A stretch of DNA of 64,000 nt from Chloroflexota bacterium. Its GTDB lineage: Bacteria > Chloroflexota > UBA11872 > VXNJ01. A program made the position numbers and the translations under genes. The notes under the pieces are model-generated. The model saw only the letters and a program-made list of their open reading frames with translations, was not told the origin of the DNA and ran no database searches. Of the stretch, positions 1 to 9,857 are shown one piece after another. How positions within the stretch are numbered: the first letter of the stretch is position 1; the number at the start of each line of letters is the position of its first letter. The stretch covers positions 1,718,158 through 1,782,157 of the forward strand of contig OZ252242.1 of NCBI GenBank assembly GCA_965249595.1, read 5' to 3'.

Positions 1-1440
1 CGCAGATCCCGGCAATCGGTAATCTGCACAGACTGCGGCGTCTCGACTACCGTCCCGTTCCGGCCCAGACCGGGCCGCCCGGTTTACTGCGCGGAGTGCT
101 TTGAAAACCGCCGCTCCGCGCCGGAAAAACTTTCCCCGCGCGATGTGCCCGACAAGGGCTCATCCGCCAATCCCTCTGCCGCCGCCTCGACATCGTTCGC
201 CGAGATGGACCTGAGTCCATCGACACGCTCGGCCCTCAAGCGGATGGATATCACGGATCCGACACCGATCCAGGAGCAGGCGATTCCCTTGCTGCTGGCC
301 GGTCGCGACGTAATCGCGCAGGCACGCACCGGATCCGGCAAGACTCTGGCGTTCGCCCTTCCCATCGTCGAACGCTGCGATCCGTCGGAACGGGGTGTGC
401 AGGCCTTGGTTCTCACGCCCACCCGCGAGCTGGCGATCCAGGTCGGCCACGTCATCGACATGGTCGCCCTGCCGCGCCGACTGCGCTCGACGCTGCTCTA
501 CGGGGGTCGCTCCGGCCGCCCGGAATATAACGCCCTGAAAAAAGGGCCGCAGATCGTGGTCGGCACCCCGGGCCGCACCCTGGACCACCTCCGTCAGGGG
601 ACGCTGGACCTTCGAGGGGTCCGATTCTTCGTGCTTGACGAGGCCGACGAAATGCTGGACCAGGGGTTTGCCCGCGATGTTGAGGCGATCATGAGCCGCA
701 CACCGGCCCACCGCCAGACCGCGCTCTACTCGGCGACCATGCCGGATTGGGTGTCAAGAACGGCAGCCAAGCACCTCGACGACCCGGTTACGGTCAAAGT
801 CGACGCCGACCTGAAGGCGTTGCCCAGTGTGACCCACTTGATCTACACGATCCATCGGGATGAAAAGATCGAGGCCCTGCGAACCCTGTTGGACGAACGC
901 GACGGCGAATCGGTAATAGTGTTTGGCCGGACGAAGCATGGCATCAAGAAACTTGCCCGCCAACTCGACGCGCTGGATTACCCGGTCGGTGCCCTGCAGG
1001 GAAACCTGAGTCAGAACGCGCGCGAGCGGGTGATGGTCAATTTCCGATCCGGGCAAACGCCGATTCTGCTGGCCACCAATGTCGCCGCTCGGGGCTTGGA
1101 TTTTGACGGTATCGGCCAGGTGATCAACTACGACCTGCCGGATTCGGCGAAGCTCTTTACGCACCGCGTGGGGCGAACCGGGCGGATGGGTTGTGAAGGC
1201 GAGGCCATAACCTTCGTCACGCGCGACGATGAGGTAAAGTGGCGGGAAATCGATCGCCGCCTGGGAATCCGATTTCGTCGCCGGCCGTGGAGCTCACGCA
1301 ACTCGGGCGAATCGACTCAATCCGAGCGACCGCCCTCGCGCAACGGGCACAGCCATGACCACCTAACTGGAAATTCGCGCGGCCGCCGAGGGCGCCGACC
1401 TGCCCCGCACGCCTCCGCCGTTGACCGCTGGTTCAATTGA
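1..1440 (+). CDS. DEAD-box ATP-dependent RNA helicase; reading frame open from nt 1 (5-prime end may lie outside window), internal ATG at 145
   Basis: Q-motif PTPIQ, motif I AQARTGSGKT, Ia PTRELA, II VLDEADEMLD, III SAT, V ARGLD and VI HRVGRTGR, followed by a basic RG-rich C-tail. Frame 1 has no stop between nt 1 and 145 and encodes ICTDCGVSTTVPFRPRPGRPVYCAECF, a CxxC..CxxC zinc-ribbon-like motif. Confidence 0.85.
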   Translation, partial: RRSRQSVICTDCGVSTTVPFRPRPGRPVYCAECFENRRSAPEKLSPRDVPDKGSSANPSAAASTSFAEMDLSPSTRSALKRMDITDPTPIQEQAIPLLLAGRDVIAQARTGSGKTLAFALPIVERCDPSERGVQALVLTPTRELAIQVGHVIDMVALPRRLRSTLLYGGRSGRPEYNALKKGPQIVVGTPGRTLDHLRQGTLDLRGVRFFVLDEADEMLDQGFARDVEAIMSRTPAHRQTALYSATMPDWVSRTAAKHLDDPVTVKVDADLKALPSVTHLIYTIHRDEKIEALRTLLDERDGESVIVFGRTKHGIKKLARQLDALDYPVGALQGNLSQNARERVMVNFRSGQTPILLATNVAARGLDFDGIGQVINYDLPDSAKLFTHRVGRTGRMGCEGEAITFVTRDDEVKWREIDRRLGIRFRRRPWSSRNSGESTQSERPPSRNGHSHDHLTGNSRGRRGRRPAPHASAVDRWFN

Positions 1441-1630
1441 AAAGCTAGCGGAGCCGACTGAATGCTCGCAGCGCGGGCGATCCACGCTAGACCGGCGGCG
1501 GGATTCCAAGTCTTCGGGACGCAATGACCAACAGGCTGCAGCAGCCTAGCATTTAACTCCGCAGACGTCGCTGTCGGGCGAGTTCGCCCCGTCAATTTGA
1601 TTGGGCCAAGACCATCTGCTCCCGGTAGCC

Positions 1631-1636
1631 AAGGAG
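1631..1636 (+). promoter_or_regulatory. Shine-Dalgarno AAGGAG, 11 nt upstream of ATG 1648
   Basis: Sequence aaggagccttcaatttcATG read directly. Confidence 0.5.
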
Positions 1637-1647
1637 CCTTCAATTTC

Positions 1648-2616
1648 ATGCGCGTACTTGTAATTCCTGGCCTGACGCTTCCGCTGGTGACCGAGGCCCA
1701 GTTCAAGCAGATATGTGCGGCGGCCGGCAGCGAGAATGAGGTCGTCGTCGCCAGCAATTCCGCGAACGCAGCTGAACTGATCGGCGATGCCGAAGTACTC
1801 CTGGGCCAGCTCACGCCCGAGCTTTTCGCGGTGGCTGAAAAGCTCAGCTGGGTTCACGCAACGGCGTCGGGGGTCGACCACTATTTGTTCAATGAATTCA
1901 AAAACAGCGACATCCCGCTGACCGGTGAAAAGGGACTGGTGGGACCACATCTCGCCGATCACGCTTTCGCCCTGCTGCTGGCGCTGGCCCGTTCCCTCAA
2001 ACCGGCAATGGCGCTCAAAGGAGAGGCCTGGGGATCGAGAGTCCCAATGCGCCGCGCGGCCTTTGAGCTTTCCGGGTTGACGATGGGCATCGTTGGATTC
2101 GGCGGTACCGGGCGGGCCATCGCCGAACGTGCTCACGGTTTTGGGATGAAAATTCGCGCCGTGGACGCTTTCCCGGTCCAAAGTACGCCGATCGTTCCCG
2201 TCGTGCAGCAAATGGACAATTTAGGCTCGTTGCTGGCGCACTCGGATGTCGTGGCTGTCTGCACGCCGCTCACCCCCGAAACCCATCACCTGTTTGACCG
2301 CGAAACCTTCGCCCAAATGAAGCCGGGATCGGTGATCATCAACGTCACCCGCGGTGAAATCATCGACCTTGAAGCTGTCGTTGATGCAGTCGAATCAGGT
2401 CATCTGCGGGGCGCCGCCCTTGATGTCGTCGAAGGTGAGCCGCTGGTCTCTGACCACCGTGTTTTTTCAGTTGACAACATCGTGATGACGCCCCATACGG
2501 CCGGTGCATCACAGCTTCGAATCGGGCGCAATCTCGATCGTTTTTGCGAGAACCTACGACGCTATCGACAGAATTTCGATCTTGAGGGCCTAGTGGATAA
2601 GCAAGCAGGATTCTGA
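1648..2616 (+). CDS. D-isomer-specific 2-hydroxyacid dehydrogenase family, NAD-binding
   Basis: GIVGFGGTGRAIAERA Rossmann GxGxxG; NVTRGEIIDLEAVVDAVESGHLRGAALDVVEGEP catalytic-domain signature. ATG at 1648 with an SD is preferred over the ORF-track start at 1597. Confidence 0.8.
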   Translation: MRVLVIPGLTLPLVTEAQFKQICAAAGSENEVVVASNSANAAELIGDAEVLLGQLTPELFAVAEKLSWVHATASGVDHYLFNEFKNSDIPLTGEKGLVGPHLADHAFALLLALARSLKPAMALKGEAWGSRVPMRRAAFELSGLTMGIVGFGGTGRAIAERAHGFGMKIRAVDAFPVQSTPIVPVVQQMDNLGSLLAHSDVVAVCTPLTPETHHLFDRETFAQMKPGSVIINVTRGEIIDLEAVVDAVESGHLRGAALDVVEGEPLVSDHRVFSVDNIVMTPHTAGASQLRIGRNLDRFCENLRRYRQNFDLEGLVDKQAGF

Positions 2617-2740
2617 CGAAGTTATCCCACCCACCGGTCCCAAGAATTGATGGCGGTGCAATCTCGACGTCAGCCACCACGGCATAGGTGGAATTCCAGC
2701 GTCGGTCACCCCGCCGCGTGCGAGTCATGCGAGGCATGGT

Positions 2741-3853
2741 TTGACTTGGTCAGTTGACCGGACGGATCTGTTCCGAATGCGCAGCAACTCGCAATGTCTG
2801 GCGCGGCCCAGCTTGTCCGAAATCTCCGCAGTGGCATCAGCTTGCGGTGGCGTCCAGGCCCAGGACCGGTTGGGTGAACAGCTTGGGCTGGCCGCCCGCT
2901 CGACCGGCTTCACCGCCACCGCCGTCGATCAGGCTCGCACCATCGATCGCACGGTCGTGCGGACCTGGCTCATGCGGGGCACGCTCCATCTGGTTCCTTC
3001 GGCGGACCTACATTGGATGCTGGACCTCCTCGGGCCGGCCATGGACGCCGAGGCCCTAAAACACCGCGCCAGCCTCGATATAACCGCCGACGATCATGGG
3101 CGAGTCCTTGCCTTCCTCCGGGAGGAGCTGACCAATCGCGGCCCGATGACCCGCCGCGAGATTGGCGCCGCCCTGTGCTCGGCTGGGTTGCCCTGGCAGG
3201 GAGCAGCGACTCCGCATCTCTTGCGCACGGCTTCGTTGCATGGAGTCATGTGCTTTGGCCCCGATCGGGACGGGTAATCCACCCTTGTGTCGCTCGACGA
3301 TTGGCTCCCAAGCAGTGGCCCGCGACCGCCCGATCCGGCCGCAGAGCTGGCGCGGCGCTATTTTTCGGCCTTTGGTCCGGCGACTTCGGCTGACTTCCGC
3401 TGGTGGTCTGGATTGCCGCCCGCGCAAGCCCGCAGCGCGATCGAGAAGATTTCCGGTGAATTGGCAACGGTAAGTGTCGAGTACAAAAATATGTCGATGA
3501 TGGCCGGGGCAGCCGAGCGGATTGAAGAGGTGCTTACCGGGCCGCGAGGCGTCCTGCGCGTGCTGGGGCCGTTCGACCCGTATCTACTCGGATACGCCAA
3601 GCGCGACCTGGGCGTTGCGGATGGACTGCTCAAACGCGTCAACGCCGGCGGCGGGATGATTCGATCGTGCGTAATGGTCGACGGCCGACTTGTGGGCACC
3701 TGGGATCGAAAGCGTCGGACCCGTGGGTTGACCGTTACCGTGAAAACCTTCGAGCCGTTGTCCGGCGACGAACGGGCGCAAGTTGATAGGCAATTTTTGG
3801 AAATCGCCAGGTTCCTCGATACCGACATCAAATGGCGCGAGCAACCCGACTGA
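2741..3853 (+). pseudogene. YcaQ/AlkZ-like winged-helix DNA glycosylase family gene interrupted by in-frame TAA at 3275-3277
   Basis: ORFs 2741-3277 and 3287-3853 are in the same frame (both coordinates are 2 mod 3) and separated only by TAA plus 3 codons. Both halves carry family-like segments (RTWLMRGTLHLVP..., LRVLGPFDPYLLGYAKRDLGV, GGGMIRSCVMVDGRLVGTWDRKR). Confidence 0.6.
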
Positions 3854-3915
3854 CTACTTGTCCAAATTCCGTTGCTTCTAGCGCTCGCTGGCTGCGAGCG
3901 TGGAGTCTCAATTGA

Positions 3916-5391
3916 TTGAAGTTGAGCGAAGCCGAGATTAGGCTTACCTTGTGGGGTAGAGAGCGACCATATCGAGGTGACAGCGTGCGGGAGAGCGACG
4001 CCGGACTTTTGGCGCACTTGATGCGCCGTGCGGGCTTCGGGGCGACCAGGTGCGAACTGGAGGAATTGGCCACAAAGGGTTACGCGGCCGTGGTCGAGGA
4101 TCTCGTCAACCCGGAACGGTCTCCAGAGGTTGAGGATGATGTCCTCGAGCGGTACTACACCGGCCTAAATGCATCGGAACCGATCGATGTCTACGCCGCC
4201 GGTTGGATCTACTGGATGGTCAACACCAGGCGCCCCTTGCAGGAGAAGATGGTGCTCTTCTGGCACCACGTGTTCGCGACAGGGTGGCACAAGAACGAGA
4301 ACGTCCCTGCCGCGGTCGGTCAGATCGCCACATTTCGACGCAATTGCCTCGGCCACTTCCGCGACATCCTGCTGGATCTGTCGCGGGATCCAGCCATGAT
4401 CGATTGGCTGGACAACCAGGAAAACCACAAAGGCGCGATCAACGAAAACTACGGACGCGAACTGTTGGAACTGTTCTCGATGGGCGTGGGCAATTACACT
4501 GAGACGGACATCAAGGAGGCCGCCCGCGCGTTTACCGGATGGTCGTTCGAACAGCCGATCCCGCTTTACCCTTGTGGGTACTTTCCGGCGTATTTTCGTT
4601 ACCGGGAGGATGACCACGACGATGGGGAAAAGATCTTCCTCGGCCACAGCGGACGATTAAACGGACAGGACATCATCGACATCGTTGTCGAGCAACCGGC
4701 CACGGCCAGATTCATCTCCAGACACCTGTACAACTTCTTTGTTGCGGATGAGCCACAGGTGCCGGCGTGGCAGACAGTGCCTCCGCAGGATCCGGACGCA
4801 ATCGATACCCTGGTCAATGCGTTCGCCGAATCTGACGGTGATATCCGGGCGGTGATGCGAGTTCTCTTCAACTCTGATTTCTTCAAAGACGCCCGCTATA
4901 AAAAAGTCAAAAGCCCGGCCGAATTCGTAGTCGGCGCGACGAGGATGTCGGGGGCCCACCAGTTCCCTGAACCGGGGTTGGGCGATCTGGTGGTCGCCGC
5001 CTCGGCCATGGGTCAGTATCTCTACAACCCGCCTACCGTCGAGGGCTGGCACACCGGCAAGGAATGGATCGATGGGGGCACCCTCAACGAAAGGGTAAAT
5101 TTCGCCGTCGATCTCGTCGGCGACACGTCGCAGCCCGGTATCCGCGAGATCATCGGTAGCGTGTGCAATGGCTCTTCGAATTCGGGTGCGCTGACTCCAG
5201 CGGAATTCGTAGACAAATGCCTCGACGCGGCCGGCGCCCTAGAGCTGAACGCCGAAACCAGAGCGGCACTGATCAGACACGCCGAGGCCGACGGGGGATT
5301 CCATCCGAATGGTGATAACGGGCAGGTCGAAGCCCGGGTGATCAGGATGTTGCAGCTAATTGTTTCGTCAACGGAGTACCAGTTCGCTTAG
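3916..5391 (+). CDS. DUF1800 family protein (alternative GTG start at 3985 with GAGGTGA SD)
   Basis: HLMRRAGFGAT, LFWHHVF and DWLDNQ match DUF1800 hallmarks. It lies immediately upstream of a DUF1501 gene, the canonical pairing. Confidence 0.8.
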   Translation: MKLSEAEIRLTLWGRERPYRGDSVRESDAGLLAHLMRRAGFGATRCELEELATKGYAAVVEDLVNPERSPEVEDDVLERYYTGLNASEPIDVYAAGWIYWMVNTRRPLQEKMVLFWHHVFATGWHKNENVPAAVGQIATFRRNCLGHFRDILLDLSRDPAMIDWLDNQENHKGAINENYGRELLELFSMGVGNYTETDIKEAARAFTGWSFEQPIPLYPCGYFPAYFRYREDDHDDGEKIFLGHSGRLNGQDIIDIVVEQPATARFISRHLYNFFVADEPQVPAWQTVPPQDPDAIDTLVNAFAESDGDIRAVMRVLFNSDFFKDARYKKVKSPAEFVVGATRMSGAHQFPEPGLGDLVVAASAMGQYLYNPPTVEGWHTGKEWIDGGTLNERVNFAVDLVGDTSQPGIREIIGSVCNGSSNSGALTPAEFVDKCLDAAGALELNAETRAALIRHAEADGGFHPNGDNGQVEARVIRMLQLIVSSTEYQFA

Positions 5392-5488
5392 GGGAGGCGG
5401 TCATTTGGACCGACTCTTCATGCAAACGGTTGATTCCACATGAGAAAGAACCAACAACGTCACTTAAATGACAAGGGAGTAGGGAGCC

Positions 5489-6658
5489 GTGGCAGGTAGC
5501 GCAAAACCACCGGTCTTAGTCGTATTGCAGCTCACGGGGGGCAACGACTTCATGAACTCGGTCGTACCCTACACGAATCCGGTCTATTACGACGCTCGGC
5601 AACGCCTCGCCATCCCCGAGGATGAAGTTCTGCCCATCGATGGCGCCCTGGGTTTCAACCCAAACCTGGCGCCGCTCAAGGAACTTTACGACCAAGGCAT
5701 GGTAGCCATCGTACAGGGCGTCGGGTACCACAATTCGTCCCGATCTCATTTCCGGGCGATGGACGTCATGCACACCTGCGAGCCCGACAAGGTGGGGATA
5801 AATGGCTGGTTGGCCCTGGCCACTCGCCAGTTGGACCCCGGCCATGATTCAGTGCTAACGACGGTCAATATCGGCCGCGGTATGCCCCGGGCCCTGGCTA
5901 GCTCCGGCGTGCCTATTACCTCGGTCGGTGATCTGGACCACTACGGCCTGATGTCCGGGATCGCTGCGGCGGAGCAACGGACCGAGGCTCTCAAGTGGTT
6001 CCAGGAAATGTACGCGCCGGCCATTGGTAGCGGCGCGGTCGTCGACTACATCGCCCAGACCGGTATGGACGTTATCAAGAGCGCGGAGTTGCTCAAAAAA
6101 GCCCCAATGATCTACGAGTCCCGCGTGGAATATGCCGACAACGCAGTCGCCCAGAGCCTCCGCGATGTGGCGCGCGTGCACCTGGCCGATCTGGGGACGC
6201 GAATCTTCTATGCTCAACACGGCGGTTACGATACCCACGCAATTCAAAATCCGACGCACCCGAGGTTGCTAAGAGAGCTTTCAGGCGCGATCAATTCCTT
6301 CTTTAAGGACCTGCGTGAACACGATTCCGACAATGAGGTCGTCATGCTGGTGTTCACCGAATTCGGTCGCCGGATGAAGGGCAACGGCAGTGGCACCGAC
6401 CATGGATCGGGTGGAGGAGCATTCATCATCGGCAAGCGCGTGAAGGGTGGGCTCTACTGCGAGTACCCGTCTCTTGAACCCGAGCAATGGCTCAACGGCG
6501 AGGACCTACAACACACCGTCGATTTCCGAAGCGTTTACGCCACGATGTTGGAGGGGTGGATGGGCATTGATTCCGCCGATATAGTTGGTGGTCAATACGA
6601 ACAATTCCAACCATTTATGCACGCTGCTTCGTCGGCTCCTTCATTTGGAACCCACTAG
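5489..6658 (+). CDS. DUF1501 family protein (sulfatase/alkaline-phosphatase-like fold)
   Basis: VLVVLQLTGGNDFMN near the N-terminus and TEFGRRMKGNGSGTDHGSGG near the C-terminus are typical DUF1501 motifs. GTG start with AAGGGAG upstream; no Tat signal visible. Confidence 0.8.
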   Translation: MAGSAKPPVLVVLQLTGGNDFMNSVVPYTNPVYYDARQRLAIPEDEVLPIDGALGFNPNLAPLKELYDQGMVAIVQGVGYHNSSRSHFRAMDVMHTCEPDKVGINGWLALATRQLDPGHDSVLTTVNIGRGMPRALASSGVPITSVGDLDHYGLMSGIAAAEQRTEALKWFQEMYAPAIGSGAVVDYIAQTGMDVIKSAELLKKAPMIYESRVEYADNAVAQSLRDVARVHLADLGTRIFYAQHGGYDTHAIQNPTHPRLLRELSGAINSFFKDLREHDSDNEVVMLVFTEFGRRMKGNGSGTDHGSGGGAFIIGKRVKGGLYCEYPSLEPEQWLNGEDLQHTVDFRSVYATMLEGWMGIDSADIVGGQYEQFQPFMHAASSAPSFGTH

Positions 6659-6684
6659 CGGTTAACGTCCTCGAGAGGTACAAC

Positions 6685-7698
6685 ATGGGACGTCCATACG
6701 CCTTACTGCGAACAGGTTTTCCTTACGTCAAAACAATCGGCATGAGGCGAATCACCAGCTATCCCATGCAAGTGGTGGTCACTGATGACGACCGGTTGTT
6801 TGTGCTGTGCCGCGGTGAAGGAACAGTCAACATCCGCAGAACCAACCAAGACGACATAGATCTCGGTTCCATCGGCGGTATCGGCACCGGCGATGGCCAA
6901 TTTATTTGGGCGGCTTCATTGGCGATGGACGGTGACGAGAAGTTGTACGTCTCCGACGAAGCCCTCAATCGCATTTCGGTCTTTAACGTCGATGGCGAAT
7001 TCCTGGGTAAATGGGGCGAACCCGGCGACGGCGATGGCCAACTGGACCGGCCGTCAGGGATCGCATTTGACTCCGACGAGAACCTTTACGTTGCCGACAC
7101 GCTAAATCACCGCATTCAGAAATTCACCAAGGACGGCGTTTTCCTGAAGAATTGGGGCGAGTTTGGGGAGAACGAGGGTCAATTCAACATGCCCTGGGGC
7201 ATTTGCGTGGATGAATTGGGCGAAGTGTACGTCTCCGATTGGCGCAATGACCGCATTCAAAAATTCACCGCCGATGGTGAGTTTGTAATGTCGATAGGTG
7301 GATCGGGCAACGGCAAGGGCGAATTCAACCGGCCGACGGGCGTTGCCGTGGACGGTGACGGTGACATCTACGTGTCCGATTGGGGCAACGACCGCGTCCA
7401 GCAATTTGCTGCCGATGGTCGGTACCTGGAATCCTTCAGAGGCGACGCTTCGTTTTCCAAATCAGCGACCGAATACTTGATGGCGAATCCCAAAACGATG
7501 CGGTTGCGGGAGATGACTTCACTCGAACCGCAAAAACGGTTCCGCCATCCCACTTCCGTAACCGTTGACGGCCAGGGTCGGATGTTTGTCACCGATTTCG
7601 GTTCTTTCCGCATCCAGATGTATCAAAAACAAGCAATTGCTTTGACGTCTGATCAGATCTCGCCCGAGCAACGGGCGCCGACTCTTTATCTCGCATAG
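6685..7698 (+). CDS. NHL-repeat beta-propeller protein
   Basis: Six repeats of the form LYV(S/A)D..N.RIQ.F..DG.F...(W/G)G..G.G.G.F..P.G(I/V)A.D. Confidence 0.8.
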   Translation: MGRPYALLRTGFPYVKTIGMRRITSYPMQVVVTDDDRLFVLCRGEGTVNIRRTNQDDIDLGSIGGIGTGDGQFIWAASLAMDGDEKLYVSDEALNRISVFNVDGEFLGKWGEPGDGDGQLDRPSGIAFDSDENLYVADTLNHRIQKFTKDGVFLKNWGEFGENEGQFNMPWGICVDELGEVYVSDWRNDRIQKFTADGEFVMSIGGSGNGKGEFNRPTGVAVDGDGDIYVSDWGNDRVQQFAADGRYLESFRGDASFSKSATEYLMANPKTMRLREMTSLEPQKRFRHPTSVTVDGQGRMFVTDFGSFRIQMYQKQAIALTSDQISPEQRAPTLYLA

Positions 7699-8002
7699 TT
7701 TTTCTTCTTGCGTGCGGAGCAGCCCGAACACAAGACCCGGGAAGAGACCACGGACCCAAGCACCGATAATCCGCCGCGCACCGCCGCGGCCACGATTTAA
7801 ACGCGATCAGTAATCGGGACACCTGTTCTGTCCGCTCCGGGCATTCCAAGCTCCAAATCGGGCGTTGCTCGCAAGACTGATCCGACGCTTACTAAAGCAT
7901 TGCGTAGATATAACACCCATTATGTCTAGTATCTTGGGTACTAAGTATTGGGATGCCAAAACCCGCTAACGCCAATCCCTAAATTTCGCGATTTGCTTTG
8001 AG

Positions 8003-8587
8003 ATGACATTACCGTTTCGAGAGGACGAAACATTGGACCACGAGACGTCGATCAACGGCGACCGCATGGCAGATGTCTACGACGAAATCCACGAGAAATT
8101 GAGCACTCCTGAAGCCGTGGCCCCGATCGCTAATGTGCTCGCTGACCTCGCGGGCGACGGCCGCGCACTGGAGCTTGGAATCGGCACCGGTCGAATCGCC
8201 ATCCCTCTTGCCAAGCGTGGCGTCGATGTCCACGGCCTCGATGCCTCCGAGGCAATGGTGGCAAAGCTCCGCGAAAAACCCGGCGGCGGTGACATCCCTG
8301 TAACCATCGGCGATTTCGAACAGGTGGATGTCGAAGGGCCCTACAACCTTGTTTATATCGTTTTCAACACGCTTTTCGCTCTCCGTTCGCAGGACGCCCA
8401 GACCAACTGTTTCCGCAGCGTCGCAAGCCATCTCACCGACGAAGGAGTGATCCTGCTGGAAGCTTTCGTGCCCGACCCCACGCGCTTTGACCACGGCCAA
8501 CGCATCAATACCGGCATCGTGGCGAACGACCGAGTTTCCATCGACCTCAGCCGGCACGACCCGGCCACCCAGACCGTAGTCTCCTGA
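8003..8587 (+). CDS. Class I SAM-dependent methyltransferase
   Basis: LELGIGTGRIAIPLAKRGVDVHGLDASEAMV (motif I/II glycine-rich loop plus acidic residue). Confidence 0.75.
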   Translation: MTLPFREDETLDHETSINGDRMADVYDEIHEKLSTPEAVAPIANVLADLAGDGRALELGIGTGRIAIPLAKRGVDVHGLDASEAMVAKLREKPGGGDIPVTIGDFEQVDVEGPYNLVYIVFNTLFALRSQDAQTNCFRSVASHLTDEGVILLEAFVPDPTRFDHGQRINTGIVANDRVSIDLSRHDPATQTVVS

Positions 8588-9097
8588 CACCTTATATATA
8601 TCGCCGGAAGGCGTCCGCATCTACCCTGTTTCAATTCGCTATGCTTGGCCAGCCGAGCTCGACCTGATGGTGAAACTCGCTGGCCTCCGCCTCCGCTCCC
8701 GCTGGGCCGACTGGCAGCGCAACCCCTTAACTCCCGCCAGCACAAACCATGTCTCCGTCTACACCCCAGAGTAAGCGAGGACGCTCACTTGTGGGGATTC
8801 CCGGGCACCAAAAATTGAAAAGAAATCTGCTTGTCTCCAGGCGACTCAAGTCCGCCAACGGGCTCGCAATATGGTCGACCCCGCTTGGCAACAGGCCGCT
8901 CACCGTATTCCGTAACCGAGGGGATTGGTTGAACGACGACCTAAGGTCTGCCTCCGAGTATTTGCGCCTTCGAATACCCGCACTGGTATTGGCGGGTGTC
9001 ACGGATGGCCTTCATTCGATCCTTACGACCGCGCAGGAAAAACGTCGATGGACCGGGGTCGTAACCACCTACCTCGTGGGCAGGATAAACTCGGCAC

Positions 9098-9517
9098 ATG
9101 CTTGAAATGAAACCCAATAAACCGGCAGTTTTGGTAGTCCGCGAAAACGAGCGGGAGGTCGAATTGCAGTCCGGCCCGATGACCCGCATGGCGGGAGTTT
9201 CAGAATCGCTAACCGGGTCTAGCGGAATCCATTTGGCCGAAGCGGTTCTGCCCCCCGGTCGTTGCTCGACTGCGCATTACCACTCCAATTGCGAATCAGC
9301 AATATACGTCGCCTCAGGCATCGGAGTCATGCTTTCCGGAGAAGACCTTGCAACAGAAGCCGCCATCGGCCCCGGGGACATGATTTATATCCCGCCAGGC
9401 GCCGCCCACCAACCGGTAAATACGAGTGAGACGGAATTATTGCGCCTGATCGTTGCTCGCAACACCCCGGTCGAATTAGTAGTCGATATGGATGGTATGG
9501 GTCGCACCGACTGCTAA
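9098..9517 (+). CDS. Cupin-domain protein
   Basis: H..H..E and GDMIYIPPGAAH cupin motifs. Confidence 0.7.
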   Translation: MLEMKPNKPAVLVVRENEREVELQSGPMTRMAGVSESLTGSSGIHLAEAVLPPGRCSTAHYHSNCESAIYVASGIGVMLSGEDLATEAAIGPGDMIYIPPGAAHQPVNTSETELLRLIVARNTPVELVVDMDGMGRTDC

Positions 9518-9857
9518 TTGGCCGCTTGGTTTTGCAAAATTTGTGAAATGCTGATCACGCCCTAGTGCCATTTGATCAAGATAAACTGTGGCGAATTTGC
9601 CGGCCTCAAATTTGACTAACACGAATCTAAGGCAGGCGTGGCCCGCTACCCGTTGATCTTGACGCCCGAGATTCTCAACCGGCGGGATCCAGATCCTCAA
9701 GAATCCAACACTGCCAGCGACGGCCCGCCTGTTGCGCGCTTGGCGTGCAGGGTAACCGCCGCACGCATAGGGCTCGCGCCAATGCCGGAGCCCGCACATC
9801 CCGGAGTTCGAATCAGTTAGTTCTTGCCACCATCAAAAGCAACGGTGCCAATTGACC

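Noticed and set aside
160-1164. Long antisense ORFs inside the helicase gene (160-711 minus, 754-1164 minus); similar shadows at 1546-2211, 28767-29141, 60001-61176 and 15419-15958
   Set aside because: Typical high-GC shadow ORFs. Each sits opposite a gene with strong family motifs and has Arg/Ala/Gly-rich low-complexity translations with no recognisable domain.
2741-3853. Possibility that the in-frame TAA/TAG codons reflect stop-codon reassignment (with the TAG at 43440 and 29052)
   Set aside because: TAG and TAA clearly terminate other well-defined genes in the same window (for example DUF1501 at 6656-58, the PhyH-like gene at 61402-04, the GMC oxidoreductase at 29494-96), so the standard code applies.
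8590-9097. About 500-bp and 340-bp (9520-9857) gene-free gaps flanking the cupin gene that might hold a small RNA or riboswitch
   Set aside because: No recognisable riboswitch consensus, terminator hairpin or conserved structure could be identified by eye; only weak overlapping ORFs.
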